From a virus (Duplodnaviria > Caudoviricetes), in IMG/VR virus record IMGVR_UViG_3300012910_000003, positions 1 to 64,000 of that record: DNA of 64,000 nt; one strand, given 5' to 3'. The position numbers were made by a program, and so were the translations under genes. The notes beneath the pieces were generated by a model. The model did no database searches and was not told the origin of the DNA. It worked only from the letters and a program-made list of their open reading frames with translations. Shown one piece after another: positions 33,796-45,321 of this stretch. Within the stretch, counting starts at the first letter, position 1. The number at the start of each line of letters is the position of its first letter.

Positions 33796-35993
33796 TGGGA
33801 AGGTCTACTATAAACCCTAATTTAATAAAAACCAAACTAGAAAGATTTCTTCCTAGAACTGAAGAATATACTACTTACTGGAAAGAAGAGATGAGAAAAA
33901 TCATTGAAGGTATCTGGATAGGTAATTGTTTTATTTCAGGACCTATGTTTGCTTATACTAACTATTGGACTATAGAAGCCAAAGGGGTTTATGTTAATCC
34001 TAGTATAAGAGATGTAGAGTGGGAAAAGTTTCATTTATTTGAAGAAGCTAGAGGATTTAGTGGTTTTGAAGATGATGCTGAATTTCATTGTGATGAAGCT
34101 ATTTTTAAGTTACAAAATAATACTATTACAGGTGAATTTACAACTAGAGAAGAAACTACTTCGGATCAAAGGAAATATCTTACTGTAAAAGATTATATTA
34201 ACAAACTACATAAAGGTAATTTAGGTAGACCTTTATATAATAATCAGTGTAAAAATGTTATTACTATTGAGGCAAGAGGGTCAGGAAAGACAAAATTAGG
34301 TGCATTTTTAGTAGCTTATACATTTTTAACTGATGGTGTTAAAGATATAAAGATTTGGAAACAAAAGAAGTTAGAAAAGGAATTAGAGACAGGTGAGCCT
34401 GTAGCTTTTCCTATGAAGTCTAATGCTGTCATATCTTCAATAGACAGTAAGTATTCTAATAAAGTAGTTGATGATTTTTGGATAGGTTATGAGAAGATTA
34501 GAGGAGGCCAAACTTATAATGGTGTAAGATACCCAAGTCCAATAGTTAAAGCTTATACAGGTAGTTTAAAAGCAAGTGCTACAGGTTTAAAAGCAGAGTT
34601 TGAAACTAAAGTAAACCAAGGTTGGGATAAAGTAGGATCTGGAAGTTTTATAAAACATGTTACTTTCTTCAATAAGCCAGAAGCTGCTAATGGTCACAGA
34701 TCTGCTTTTATATTAATAGATGAAATAGGCTTTCAAGATAACTTAAAACTTACAATGGGTCAGGTTAAAAACTGTACTCAAATAGAAGGAGATAAATTTG
34801 GAGTTACTTGGTTAACAGGTACTTCTGGTGATATGGGTTTAAATGGTGCTTCTTTTGAGGCTAAGTATATATTTGAGAATCCTCAAGAATATAATTGTGT
34901 ATATTTTAAAGATGAGTGGGAGAATAAAGATAGAAACATAGGTTATTTTGTACCTAGATGGAAAGTACTAGGATTTAAAGATGAGTTAGGTAACACTAAA
35001 GAAGATCTTGCTAAGAAAGAATGGGAAAGATTATATGATGAGGCTAGAGCAGCACCAGATCCCTCTACTTTAGATATGTTTTTACAAAATGATCCTGCTA
35101 TACCCTCTCATGCCTTTTTAGTAAGAAATGGTAATACTTATCCCACAGCCCAACTTAGTGAGCATTTAGGTGATTTAGAAACTCTTAAAGCATATAAACC
35201 TTTATTAGGTACTATGGGTAATTTAGACCCTGATCTTAATGATAAGATGGTTTTTACTCCAAATAATAATTTAAGACCTGTAGATTACCCTATAAAGAAT
35301 AATAAGAAGGGTGGTATAATTATATATGAACATCCAAGTGATAATCCCCCTAAAGGTAAATATATAGCAGGATGTGACCCTATTGGAGCAGAAGGTAAGA
35401 AAGAAGAAATACAATCTGATTCTGTGTTTAGTTTAATAATATATAAAAGATGTACTGATGATGATTTAGATGGAGATAAAGTAGTAGCTGAATATACTGG
35501 TAGAGAAGATAGTTTTAATGAAACTTTTGAACATGCCAGAAAGTTATTATTATATTATAATGCCTTTTGTTTATATGAAAATAACTATTCTAATTTTAAA
35601 ACTCATTTAGAAAATAAAAATCAGTTATATTTGTTATGTAAAACTCCTAAGGTGTTAAGTAACATAGCTTCAGGTAAGGAAGCAGCAACTTATGGTTTAA
35701 GAGCCACTGCTAATAAAGCTTTAAATGAAGTGTTACAAGGTTATGTGAGAGACTGGTTATTAAGTAAAGGACCTAATGGTAAATTAAACTTACAAAGTTT
35801 ATATTCTATAGGTTTAATAAAAGAATTACTTGCAGCTGGTGAAGGAATTAATACTGATAGAGAAATAGCATTTAAGCTAGTTTTAGCTTTAAATAAACAA
35901 CTAGAAAGAGTTAAAATAGAAGAAACTAAAAAACAGTCTTATGATGGTTTCTTTTTTAATAAGGAAGGTGAAAGAAGAAGGTTTTTTACTTAA
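33795..35993 (+). CDS. terL: terminase large subunit
   Basis: Walker A ARGSGKT, Walker B ILIDEIG, nuclease GCDP...YENN...DR. Confidence 0.92.
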   Translation: MGRSTINPNLIKTKLERFLPRTEEYTTYWKEEMRKIIEGIWIGNCFISGPMFAYTNYWTIEAKGVYVNPSIRDVEWEKFHLFEEARGFSGFEDDAEFHCDEAIFKLQNNTITGEFTTREETTSDQRKYLTVKDYINKLHKGNLGRPLYNNQCKNVITIEARGSGKTKLGAFLVAYTFLTDGVKDIKIWKQKKLEKELETGEPVAFPMKSNAVISSIDSKYSNKVVDDFWIGYEKIRGGQTYNGVRYPSPIVKAYTGSLKASATGLKAEFETKVNQGWDKVGSGSFIKHVTFFNKPEAANGHRSAFILIDEIGFQDNLKLTMGQVKNCTQIEGDKFGVTWLTGTSGDMGLNGASFEAKYIFENPQEYNCVYFKDEWENKDRNIGYFVPRWKVLGFKDELGNTKEDLAKKEWERLYDEARAAPDPSTLDMFLQNDPAIPSHAFLVRNGNTYPTAQLSEHLGDLETLKAYKPLLGTMGNLDPDLNDKMVFTPNNNLRPVDYPIKNNKKGGIIIYEHPSDNPPKGKYIAGCDPIGAEGKKEEIQSDSVFSLIIYKRCTDDDLDGDKVVAEYTGREDSFNETFEHARKLLLYYNAFCLYENNYSNFKTHLENKNQLYLLCKTPKVLSNIASGKEAATYGLRATANKALNEVLQGYVRDWLLSKGPNGKLNLQSLYSIGLIKELLAAGEGINTDREIAFKLVLALNKQLERVKIEETKKQSYDGFFFNKEGERRRFFT

Positions 35994-36008
35994 AAAGATA
36001 AAGAAATA

Positions 36009-38522
36009 ATGGGTGATATTAATAATAGAATAACTAATAAATTAACTACAGGTTATAATGGATTTCCTCCTCAGAAACTAAAAAGATCTGAAAAGACTGA
36101 AGCTTGGGGAAAAGCTTGTGTAGAAGCTATATATCATTATATAGGTAATTGGAGAGATGTTAATGGTAATAATAGGTTTGCTTCTAAAGAGCTTAACTAT
36201 AAACTTATTAACGGTGATTTAAACCTTGATGATATTAAGTATGTTACTGATCCATTAGGTATGAGTGAAGAGCTAGGGGATCAACCTGCTAGAATGCAAA
36301 ACTTTGCTAAAATATATCCTAAGATTAATTATCTAGTTTCTAAAGAGTATGATTCACCTTTTAACTTTAAAGTATTTGCTGTAGCAGGTGGTGGATTTAA
36401 TTCTAAAAATGAATACAAGAAACAACAAATAGTTAATAATATATTAGCTATGGTTCAGAATAATATGGCTCAAATGGGTATGATTGATCCTAATGAAGCT
36501 ACTAAAGGTCATATACCTATTCCAGAATTAGATAAGTATATGAACTATACTTATACAGATATTAGAGAACAGTTCTTAAATACTCTTCTTAAAGACTTAT
36601 ATCAAAGAGAACAGCTTCAAATGAAGTTTAATAAAGCTTTCTTCCATGCTAATGCTGTTGCTGAGGAGATTCTTCATATAGGTATAGTAAATGGAATGCC
36701 TAAAGTAAGATGTGTAAATCCTAGATATTTTGATTATATAAAGACTGTTGATTTAGAAAATATAGAAGATTCTCAAGCTTGTATAGAAATTACTTATATG
36801 CAAATAGGTGATATACTTGATGAGTTTAGAGAGTATCTTAGTGATGATGAGATAGATAGATTAGAAACTCAATATGCTACTAGAGGTGGTTTATGGGGTA
36901 GAATGGAATTAGATTTAGGTGTAGTATCTAGAACTAATAGAACTAATACTATGGATAGTTTTGAAGCTGGTATGCCAGTTATTAGAACTACTTGGAAGTC
37001 AATGAGAATGATTCAATTCTTAAAATATATTGATTCTGAGACTGGTGAAACTCATGAAACTACTATAGAAGATGAAACTTGGAAAGTACCTATAGAATTA
37101 AAACCTTATATAGTAGAACATACCAAAGAATGGATAGTTGATATTTGGGAAGGTGTTAAGATTAACATTACTGATCCTATATATCCTTATGTAAGACCTG
37201 TAGTTAATCAAGTAAATGGTAAATTACCTTATGTTGGTAGTATATATAATAACTTAAATTCTGAACCCCATAGTACTGTAGACTTTCTAAAACCATATCA
37301 ATATGCTATAAATATTTACATGTATAGATTAGAACTTGAAGTAGCTAAAGCTGATGGTAAAAAAGTACTTATAGATATGGCACAAATACCTAAATCTCAA
37401 GGTATGGGTATGAAAGAATGGATGTACTATATGAAAAATATGGGGGTTATATTCATTAACTCTGCTGAGGAAGGTTTAGATTCTATGGGTAATACTGTAT
37501 CTAAGTTTAACCAAATGAGTGCTGTAGATCTTACTATAAGTAATAATATGGTACAATACTTAAATATAGTAGCTAAGCTAGAAGAAATGATGGATGAGAT
37601 AGTAGGTATATCTAGACAATCTCAAGGTGATATAGCTGCTAGTGAAACTGCTACAGGAGTTAATAGAGCTATTACTCAAACTACTGTTATAACAAGACCT
37701 TTATTTATAAAGCACAATGATGTAAAAAGAAGAGTATTAGAATATCTTATAGAAACTACTAAATTATGTATGTTAGAAGGTACATATAAAGTTAGTTATA
37801 TGGATGATATGATGAAGAACTTTTTAGAAATAGATGGTGAATTACTTAATGATACTGATTATGGTTTATTTGTAACTGATTCTATTAAAGAACAAGAAGC
37901 TTTTGAAACTCTAAAAAGAGCTGCTGAAATATCTGCTAATAATGGTTTAATTGAATTAAGAGATTTAGCCCATATATTTAGAAATGGTTCATTCTCTGAA
38001 GTAGACCAATATCTTAAACAAAGATCTGATGAGAAACAACAAATTGATAATGATAGGTTTAAAGAAGAACAAGCTAATATTAAAGCTCAAACTGATTTAG
38101 CTAATCAAAAATATCAAGATGAATTAACATTAGAATACAATAAACTTGATAGAGAAGATAATAATAAACAACTTGATAGAGAGAATAAACTACAAGTTGA
38201 AGAATTAAAGGCTATGGGTTTTGCTAAAGAAACTGATATAAATAATAATGGTATACCTGATGTAGCTGAACAAACTAGATTAGCTTTAGAAACTTCTCAA
38301 CAAGCTTATGATCAAGCAAGTAATATAATGGAACATAAGAGAAAAGATAATGAAGTTAAAGCTAAACAAGATGTTGAGAATAGAAAGATAGAGTTAGAAA
38401 AACAGAAGTTAAATCAAACTAAACAGATTGAATTAGAGAAACTTAAAGTTGCTAGAGAGAATATGGTTAATGATGCGAAAGTAGCTAATATTAATAAACA
38501 AGGTAGAAATAAGACTAAATAA
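36009..38522 (+). CDS. portal protein (crAss-like)
   Basis: PPQKL...K...W start, SETAT, DINNNGIPD, coiled-coil C-terminus; follows TerL. Confidence 0.9.
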   Translation: MGDINNRITNKLTTGYNGFPPQKLKRSEKTEAWGKACVEAIYHYIGNWRDVNGNNRFASKELNYKLINGDLNLDDIKYVTDPLGMSEELGDQPARMQNFAKIYPKINYLVSKEYDSPFNFKVFAVAGGGFNSKNEYKKQQIVNNILAMVQNNMAQMGMIDPNEATKGHIPIPELDKYMNYTYTDIREQFLNTLLKDLYQREQLQMKFNKAFFHANAVAEEILHIGIVNGMPKVRCVNPRYFDYIKTVDLENIEDSQACIEITYMQIGDILDEFREYLSDDEIDRLETQYATRGGLWGRMELDLGVVSRTNRTNTMDSFEAGMPVIRTTWKSMRMIQFLKYIDSETGETHETTIEDETWKVPIELKPYIVEHTKEWIVDIWEGVKINITDPIYPYVRPVVNQVNGKLPYVGSIYNNLNSEPHSTVDFLKPYQYAINIYMYRLELEVAKADGKKVLIDMAQIPKSQGMGMKEWMYYMKNMGVIFINSAEEGLDSMGNTVSKFNQMSAVDLTISNNMVQYLNIVAKLEEMMDEIVGISRQSQGDIAASETATGVNRAITQTTVITRPLFIKHNDVKRRVLEYLIETTKLCMLEGTYKVSYMDDMMKNFLEIDGELLNDTDYGLFVTDSIKEQEAFETLKRAAEISANNGLIELRDLAHIFRNGSFSEVDQYLKQRSDEKQQIDNDRFKEEQANIKAQTDLANQKYQDELTLEYNKLDREDNNKQLDRENKLQVEELKAMGFAKETDINNNGIPDVAEQTRLALETSQQAYDQASNIMEHKRKDNEVKAKQDVENRKIELEKQKLNQTKQIELEKLKVARENMVNDAKVANINKQGRNKTK

Positions 38523-38621
38523 TTTAGTACATAACTTGACTATATAAAGTTTATTTAATATAGTATAAGTAAAATATTTGTAAACAATTAAAACAATACA
38601 TAAATTTAAAACAATAATTAT

Positions 38622-39782
38622 ATGGCAGTAGATAATATAAAAGAAACAAGAAGCTTTGGTTTGTTTAATATGGGAGATCTAGATGATGGTCTAGATATTA
38701 CCAATGATAGCCCTATTATATCTGAAGACAGTAGAGAAGATAACCCTCTTCAAACTACTTTAAATGATCAAGATAATAGTACTTCTACTAATACTGAAGA
38801 TAATAGTAATGATACTACTCAGGAAGTTAACCAAGAAGAAACTACTGAACAAGTAGATAATACTTCTACTACTAATACAGAAGAACCTACTGAGTTTAGT
38901 TATCAACCATTACTAGAAACCTTCTTTAAAGAGGGGGTATTACCAGATGATTTAGAAATTACTGATGATATTACTGATGATTTAGATGGATTTAAGCTAG
39001 CTGTTACTAAAGGTTTAGAACTAAAGGCTAATAAGATTATAGAAGAAAGAGATAGTAAATTATCTGAAGAAACTAGAAAGAGAATAGCTATTGAATCTAG
39101 TGGTGGATCTATACAAGAATTATATGGTTCTGATGAAATAATTGATTTTAATGCTTTACCTCTTGATGCTGATAGTGAATCAGATATTAGTGAAGAAGAT
39201 GCTTTAAATAATCAAAAGTTTCTATATAGTGAGTATTTAGCTGATCTAGGTACTTCTGAAGAAGAAATTGAAACTTTAATTAATGAATCTGAAGTAGAAG
39301 GTACTTTAAAAGGTTATGCTAGTATTGCTAAAAAAGCCCTCACTAAAAGAGATGAAGAAAAGGTAACTGCTTATATTTCTAAAAAGAAAGAAGAGGAAAT
39401 TACTCAAAAACAAGCTGCTATTAAAGCTGAGGAAGACTTTAAGAATTATGTGACTAACCTTAGAGAAATAGGTTCTTTTCAAATAGATAAAACTAAGTCA
39501 GAAAAACTTTATAACTTTTTAACTAAGAGAGATAAGGATGGTAAAACTGAAGCTGATAAGAAGTTTACTCAAGAAAATGCAATGTTATTTCAATTCTTAT
39601 TAATGGAAGGATTTGATAAGATTGATACTTTTAGAAAGAAAGCTGAAACTGATGCTACTAAAATATTAAAAAAGACTCTTCATAAATTTAAACCTAATAC
39701 TAACACTGGATTAGTAGTTAGAGAAGAAGAGCAATCAACTAGTAAAAAACAAATAATACCTTCTTTTTGGGGTAATCAATAA
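38622..39782 (+). CDS. putative capsid scaffolding protein
   Basis: Very acidic, helical, between portal and MCP. Confidence 0.65.
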   Translation: MAVDNIKETRSFGLFNMGDLDDGLDITNDSPIISEDSREDNPLQTTLNDQDNSTSTNTEDNSNDTTQEVNQEETTEQVDNTSTTNTEEPTEFSYQPLLETFFKEGVLPDDLEITDDITDDLDGFKLAVTKGLELKANKIIEERDSKLSEETRKRIAIESSGGSIQELYGSDEIIDFNALPLDADSESDISEEDALNNQKFLYSEYLADLGTSEEEIETLINESEVEGTLKGYASIAKKALTKRDEEKVTAYISKKKEEEITQKQAAIKAEEDFKNYVTNLREIGSFQIDKTKSEKLYNFLTKRDKDGKTEADKKFTQENAMLFQFLLMEGFDKIDTFRKKAETDATKILKKTLHKFKPNTNTGLVVREEEQSTSKKQIIPSFWGNQ

Positions 39783-39803
39783 AATTAAAATAAATTAAAA
39801 TAA

Positions 39804-41306
39804 ATGGGAAATACTTTTGTTCAAGAAATTTCACCCTTACAGATACAAACAACTAAGAATCTTAAGGGTATTGTAGATAGTAATCATACTATCCAACACT
39901 TTAGTGGTAAACCTCATGCTTTAGATCAAGTATTGAGTTATGCTCTTAACTATGATGCTACAGGTAAGTTTAATGGTAACTACTTGCTAGAGTTCCTTAC
40001 TACTGCTTTAGGTAACACTGAAATTCAAGTAGGTAATGATGAGATTGTTTGGGATATTGTAACTACTTGTGAGAGGAATTATACTATATCTAGAACTAAT
40101 CCTTCAGGAACTACTATGAGAGGTCAAGGTGGTTCAGCATTTGATCTTTACTTTAAAACTAAATGTTTTAGTAAAGGTGATGTTATTATGAGTGAGAAAC
40201 AGTATCACTTGAGACTTCAAGATGATATGGTTCAAACAGGTTATGGTTGGAAAGCTTCAGTGCAACTATTAGATCCTACACAAGAATCTATTCCTGCTGA
40301 TCAATTACTAGAAGGTGTTAGATATGCTAGGTTATATACATTGGTTGAAGAGTATTCTGATTATGGTGGATCACCTGAATGGAGCACTCCTGCTACATTA
40401 AGAACTCAATTGTCTACTATTAGGTTGCAACAACCTGTTACTGGTAAAGCAGTTACTAATGATATTACAAAGATTAATCTTTATAACCCAAATACAGGTA
40501 AATATGATATCTCTACTTGGATGCAAGCAGTAGATATTAAGACTCTTTATCAAATGAAGAGAGATACTGAGAGGTTATATAACTATGGTATTGCTTCTCA
40601 TGTAACTGGTAGTGTACCTCATATTAATGGACCTAATGGTAGACCTGTATTATCTGGTGCTGGTTTAAGACAACAAATCTCTCCTGCTAATGTTTATACC
40701 CATAATGGCTATATTACTTATGGATTCTTGAGTAATCTATTGATTGAACTATCTCAAATTAGAGGTGATGGTACTGGTATGGAGTTTATGTGTTTAACTG
40801 GTTTTGGTGGTCAAGAAATGATTAATAAAATGGTTAGAGATGAAATGACTGTACAAGGAGTTACTTTTCAAAATGATTATATGCACTTCTACTCAATGGG
40901 TCAAGATAAAACTCTTACTTTTACTGAACCTTTGTTTCAAACAATTAACTTTAAGAATGGTATTAAACTAACAGTAATGTTGAATCCTATTCAAAATGAT
41001 AAGAACTTGTTTACTCAGAAACATCCTAAAACAGGACTTCCTGTAGAATCTTATAGAATGACTATACTACCTAAATACACTAAAGATGGTGGACCTAACT
41101 TAGTATCAGTTGTTAAGAAAATGAGAAAAGAACTTATTTGGTATGTAGAAGGTTCTATGGGTCCTACTGCTGTACTTAATAGTTCTGGTAAAAGATCTGC
41201 TGCTAGTTCTATAGATGGTTATGAAATTAATGCTCTATCAGATAGAGGTATAGTTCTTAAAGATCCTCTTAGTGCTGCTGAAATCAATCCAAACTTTAAC
41301 ATCTAA
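39804..41306 (+). CDS. major capsid protein (crAss-like)
   Basis: GAGLRQQI, TGxGG, HPxTGLPxESYR, DGYE motifs; followed by a terminator. Confidence 0.9.
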   Translation: MGNTFVQEISPLQIQTTKNLKGIVDSNHTIQHFSGKPHALDQVLSYALNYDATGKFNGNYLLEFLTTALGNTEIQVGNDEIVWDIVTTCERNYTISRTNPSGTTMRGQGGSAFDLYFKTKCFSKGDVIMSEKQYHLRLQDDMVQTGYGWKASVQLLDPTQESIPADQLLEGVRYARLYTLVEEYSDYGGSPEWSTPATLRTQLSTIRLQQPVTGKAVTNDITKINLYNPNTGKYDISTWMQAVDIKTLYQMKRDTERLYNYGIASHVTGSVPHINGPNGRPVLSGAGLRQQISPANVYTHNGYITYGFLSNLLIELSQIRGDGTGMEFMCLTGFGGQEMINKMVRDEMTVQGVTFQNDYMHFYSMGQDKTLTFTEPLFQTINFKNGIKLTVMLNPIQNDKNLFTQKHPKTGLPVESYRMTILPKYTKDGGPNLVSVVKKMRKELIWYVEGSMGPTAVLNSSGKRSAASSIDGYEINALSDRGIVLKDPLSAAEINPNFNI

Positions 41307-41318
41307 TCTTTTTATTTA

Positions 41319-41347
41319 TAAAGAGGGGGTAAAATCTCCTCTTTATA
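41319..41347 (+). terminator. terminator after MCP
   Basis: AAAGAGG...CCTCTTT hairpin; new TATATTTG box at 41350-41357. Confidence 0.65.
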
Positions 41348-41385
41348 TTTATATTTGTTAATAAGTTCAACATAAATATTAAAAT

Positions 41386-42240
41386 ATGAATAGCAGTACA
41401 AACAGTAATGATATAGTATTAGTTAAGTATACTGGTACTAATTCTTTTATAGAGATTAATAGTAGAGCATTTGCTCAAACTAATGGTAATTTTGGTCAAA
41501 ATCAATATTACTATTTAACTTTTCCTTTAGATAGGAATGGTGATACTTTTCTAACAGGTCTTACTAAAGATGAAGCTGAGAAATTAGAAGATGAGAATGG
41601 TTTAGAAAAAGGTTCTTTGATGTTTAGAAGTAAGTTTCTACAAGACTTTAAAACACCTTTTAATAAGGCTGTTCCAACAGTACTTAATAAGGCATTACCT
41701 GACCATAAAATCATCTTAGCTTGTCTTAAGGCTAATAGTTTAACTAGAAGTAAAACAGCTGTATTAGCTGAAAAAGATAAAATTGAAACAACTCTTCTTG
41801 TTGTAAGAGATGATATTCAAGAAACTAAAGATGATCTTTCTAAATTAGAAGTTAAAAGAAAAGCTTATAAAGTACTAGAAGGTCTTAGTTCAATTGATTT
41901 AAGAAACTTACTATTATCTAGAGGTGAGGTAGGTATTGAATCTTTAGCTGATGAAAGAATTAGTTTAATTGTACAAAAACTATTAGATCAAAATCCTTCA
42001 GAGTTTCTTAGATTATCAGAAGAAATAAAAGATAGTACTAAGGTAGATGTTCAACAAATGTTACATCTTGGTATTCTAAAAAGAAATGGTGAAGGTGGTA
42101 GAAAAATTATGATATCTGATACTGATGATGTAATTGGTGTAGGTATTGAAGATGCCACTGATTGGTTTAAAGATACTAATAATGCTAAAGAGGTTATTAG
42201 ACTTAAAAATAAGTTACAGAATCTTAAAAGTAAAAAATAA
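41386..42240 (+). CDS. conserved crAss-like protein downstream of MCP
   Basis: TGLTxxExxxLE, NPxxFL, IGxGxxxA. Confidence 0.7.
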   Translation: MNSSTNSNDIVLVKYTGTNSFIEINSRAFAQTNGNFGQNQYYYLTFPLDRNGDTFLTGLTKDEAEKLEDENGLEKGSLMFRSKFLQDFKTPFNKAVPTVLNKALPDHKIILACLKANSLTRSKTAVLAEKDKIETTLLVVRDDIQETKDDLSKLEVKRKAYKVLEGLSSIDLRNLLLSRGEVGIESLADERISLIVQKLLDQNPSEFLRLSEEIKDSTKVDVQQMLHLGILKRNGEGGRKIMISDTDDVIGVGIEDATDWFKDTNNAKEVIRLKNKLQNLKSKK

Positions 42241-42250
42241 TTACTATTAA

Positions 42251-43153
42251 ATGTTTATAGAACAAGTTTATAGTGAGTTTAGGCTATTGATGGATAAGAG
42301 TTTTAGTGGCTCTTATCCTGAAATAGAACCATTAGAAATAGATGCTAATATTAATAATACAATATTACAGTTTATTCATAATAGATATGGTATAAATAAC
42401 TTATATAGACAAGGTTTTGAACAATCTCAAAAGAGAACTGATGATTTAAGTAGTCTAGTAAGAACTTGTTATTTTTCACCAGAAAGTATTACTACAGAAA
42501 GTGATTATAGAATAGTAGCAATTAATCTTAGGTTTGCTTATAAAGATGTAACTACAACTATATTATCTAGTTATAAGTATCTACATTATTTAAAAGGTAA
42601 TATACAAGCTACTCTCAGTAAGACAGATAGTTGTGGTAACATTACAAGTAGTACAGGAATTACTACTATTAAAATAGTTACCCAAGAAGAAGTTACTAAG
42701 CTTATATTTGATCCTTTTAATAAACCTTCTGTAAGTTCTTCTTTTGGTGTATTTGAGAATGGTTATTTAATGTTGTATATTCCAAGTAATGTAAACTACA
42801 CTGTAAATAAAGTTAAGATTACTTACTTAAAATATCCAAATATAGCTAGATTTGTAGAAACACCTACTTTAATTACTAGTGCTACTGCCTTAGCTATAAA
42901 TACTTATTATGAGGTATTTACTGGTAGTGTTACTTATAATGGTAGAGTTTATAATATAGGTGAATGGTTTGAAACTAATAATACTATTACAGCTTTTACT
43001 GGTAGTGGACAGTTAAGATTATTTACAGGTGTTGAATTACCTGATTATGTTACTAGAGAACTTATTAAGTATATGGTAGATAACTACTTAGAAACTTTAG
43101 AAAGTCCTAGATTAAACACTTTAGAAGGTGCTATACTACCTAAAGTTGAGTAG
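42251..43153 (+). CDS. head-tail ring/adaptor protein
   Basis: GFEQSQKRTDDL, FNKP, YLKYP, ELP. Confidence 0.75.
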   Translation: MFIEQVYSEFRLLMDKSFSGSYPEIEPLEIDANINNTILQFIHNRYGINNLYRQGFEQSQKRTDDLSSLVRTCYFSPESITTESDYRIVAINLRFAYKDVTTTILSSYKYLHYLKGNIQATLSKTDSCGNITSSTGITTIKIVTQEEVTKLIFDPFNKPSVSSSFGVFENGYLMLYIPSNVNYTVNKVKITYLKYPNIARFVETPTLITSATALAINTYYEVFTGSVTYNGRVYNIGEWFETNNTITAFTGSGQLRLFTGVELPDYVTRELIKYMVDNYLETLESPRLNTLEGAILPKVE

Positions 43154-43202
43154 AATAAAGAAATAAATAAATAAAATATTAATAATTTAAATTAAAAACA
43201 TT

Positions 43203-44516
43203 ATGTCACAATGGGCAGTCCCAAAATTATTTGTAGGTAAAAATGCAGCTAACACTCTTTCTGCACCTACTAATGCAATTACTAGCATGGCTAGTGTAGC
43301 TTCACAAGATATCTATTTTATAGATGCTGATGGTGGAGCAACTCATGGTAATATACTTGATGCTACAACTATGGCAGCAGTATCTAAGTTTTCAGTAGTT
43401 GGAACTTCTTTAGATAGGTTTGGTGTACTTAAACCTTTTGTAAGTGAGCCTATTACTAAAACTAACATTTTAAAAACTTATAAGGATGCTTATAGTGCAG
43501 CTTCTCAACAAGTAACTTATTTAGGTTATGATGGGGTTACAGCTACTAAAGACCTTACAGTTACAAATGGTAATGCTTACAGAATGCAATTATCTATTAA
43601 AGTAGATAATGCAATTAGTGAGTTTAAGGAACCTTTTGGTCCTATTTATGGTGCTCAAACAGGTTTTGCAGCTTCTACCCCTACTTTACAAGAGAAATTA
43701 GATTATATCTGGCAATATGTTAAAGTAATCAATGGTGATACTTCAATGAGTAATTTCTTTGGTAACACTAAAAAAAGAACTGGTCTTAGTACTTACTTTA
43801 AAGCTGAGATGTTATCTAATGCAATTGGTACAGCTTTTACTAACACTATTACTATTGCTAATGGAGGTACTTTACTTACTTCTACAGCTCATGGTAGAGC
43901 AGTTGGTGATTATATTAGAATAGGTGCTACAGCTGCTACAGTTACTACTAACAGTATTTATAGAGTATCTCAAGTAATAGATGCTAATAACTTGGTTATT
44001 GAATCTCCTTATCAAGGTACTACTTTATCTGCTGCTGCTGCAACTAATGCTGCATTTGGTTTAGGTACTAACTCTTCTGTAGGTATTAAAGTAACTGGTA
44101 AGGATGTTCCTTTCCAAAGGTATTCTCAAAAACAAGTAGTTAGATTCTTTGCTTCTTTCTTCTTAGATGATGCAACCAGAAACTCTACTAGTTCTGGATT
44201 TAATGCTACAGCTACTACTACTGAAGCAGTGTTTGGTTCAGGTACACCTGATCAAGTTAAAGAGAAAGAGATTTCTTACTTTGGTTATACTGGACTATAT
44301 AACTATGATGTATGGCCTAACATTGAACCACAAACTTATAGTGATTCAACTTTAACTTATGATTTCTTCTCTATAGAGTATACTCAAACAAGTAATAATG
44401 ACTTTGCTCAGGGTAAGAAACTTAAAGTAGTTGAACTAGCTTTAGTAGTTGGTGCTTCTCAAAATACAGCCCTTACATTAGTTATAGCAGCACTACCTAA
44501 TTATTTAGTTATATAA
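43203..44516 (+). CDS. auxiliary capsid/structural protein
   Basis: A/T-rich, GSGT..QV..E motif, followed by a strong terminator (44566-44590). Confidence 0.65.
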   Translation: MSQWAVPKLFVGKNAANTLSAPTNAITSMASVASQDIYFIDADGGATHGNILDATTMAAVSKFSVVGTSLDRFGVLKPFVSEPITKTNILKTYKDAYSAASQQVTYLGYDGVTATKDLTVTNGNAYRMQLSIKVDNAISEFKEPFGPIYGAQTGFAASTPTLQEKLDYIWQYVKVINGDTSMSNFFGNTKKRTGLSTYFKAEMLSNAIGTAFTNTITIANGGTLLTSTAHGRAVGDYIRIGATAATVTTNSIYRVSQVIDANNLVIESPYQGTTLSAAAATNAAFGLGTNSSVGIKVTGKDVPFQRYSQKQVVRFFASFFLDDATRNSTSSGFNATATTTEAVFGSGTPDQVKEKEISYFGYTGLYNYDVWPNIEPQTYSDSTLTYDFFSIEYTQTSNNDFAQGKKLKVVELALVVGASQNTALTLVIAALPNYLVI

Positions 44517-44619
44517 TAGGTACTTTATTTGGTTTTCATATTTTTTGTTGTTTTTATTATATTAAGGAGTACCTACTGGGTACTCTTTTTTATTATTACT
44601 TATTAAGTTATATTTGTAT

Positions 44620-45309
44620 ATGTTAGCAAGTGAAATTATATTTGAGATACAAAACTTAAGAACTAAAGGTAGACAAGTAGATGATAATCAGGTATCTGAT
44701 GAGATGATATATTCTTTTATTTGTAACCATAGAGCTACTTTATTAAGAAGAGAAATAGACCAGAATATATTTATTAATTCAGAATTATATCAAGATGGGT
44801 GGATAGAATTAACACCTAATACTACTGAGGTATTTGGTTGTAGTGAGATTACTTTTAAAAACTGTTTATTAAGAAGTGTAGATCCTTTACCTAAGTCTAT
44901 TCAACTTAAAAATGGTGATGCTTTATTTTATGTAGGTTCAGTAGATAATGGTAATAGTTTTGCTCAAGTAAAAAGACCAAGTGATTTAAAACATTTAATA
45001 CTTAATAAATATACAGGTACAAGAGATAAGTACTTTATACAAAATAATTATTTGTATGTATATACTACTAATAAAGCTTTAAGATTAGTTAACATATCAA
45101 TGATTCCTGAAGATCCTAGAGAGTTAATTAAGTTAAATGATAAAACTAAAGGTACTAGTTTATATAATCCTTTTGATCCTTTTAACTTTGAATTTCCTAT
45201 AGGTAGACATTTAATAGATGCTATAAATGGTATGGTGATACAAGCAGAATATGGTTTATTACTTGCTATTAAGAAAGAGGATTTAAATGATAATAAAAAC
45301 TTAAATTAA
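44620..45309 (+). CDS. tail tubular/ring protein
   Basis: RAxLLRR, NKYT, EDP, DxNDN; ATG 3 nt after TATATTTG. Confidence 0.7.
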   Translation: MLASEIIFEIQNLRTKGRQVDDNQVSDEMIYSFICNHRATLLRREIDQNIFINSELYQDGWIELTPNTTEVFGCSEITFKNCLLRSVDPLPKSIQLKNGDALFYVGSVDNGNSFAQVKRPSDLKHLILNKYTGTRDKYFIQNNYLYVYTTNKALRLVNISMIPEDPRELIKLNDKTKGTSLYNPFDPFNFEFPIGRHLIDAINGMVIQAEYGLLLAIKKEDLNDNKNLN

Positions 45310-45321
45310 GAATATATAATT

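Noticed and set aside
33795-35993. Intein or intron in TerL
   Set aside because: Length is ordinary for crAss-like TerL; no intein splice-junction or LAGLIDADG motifs seen
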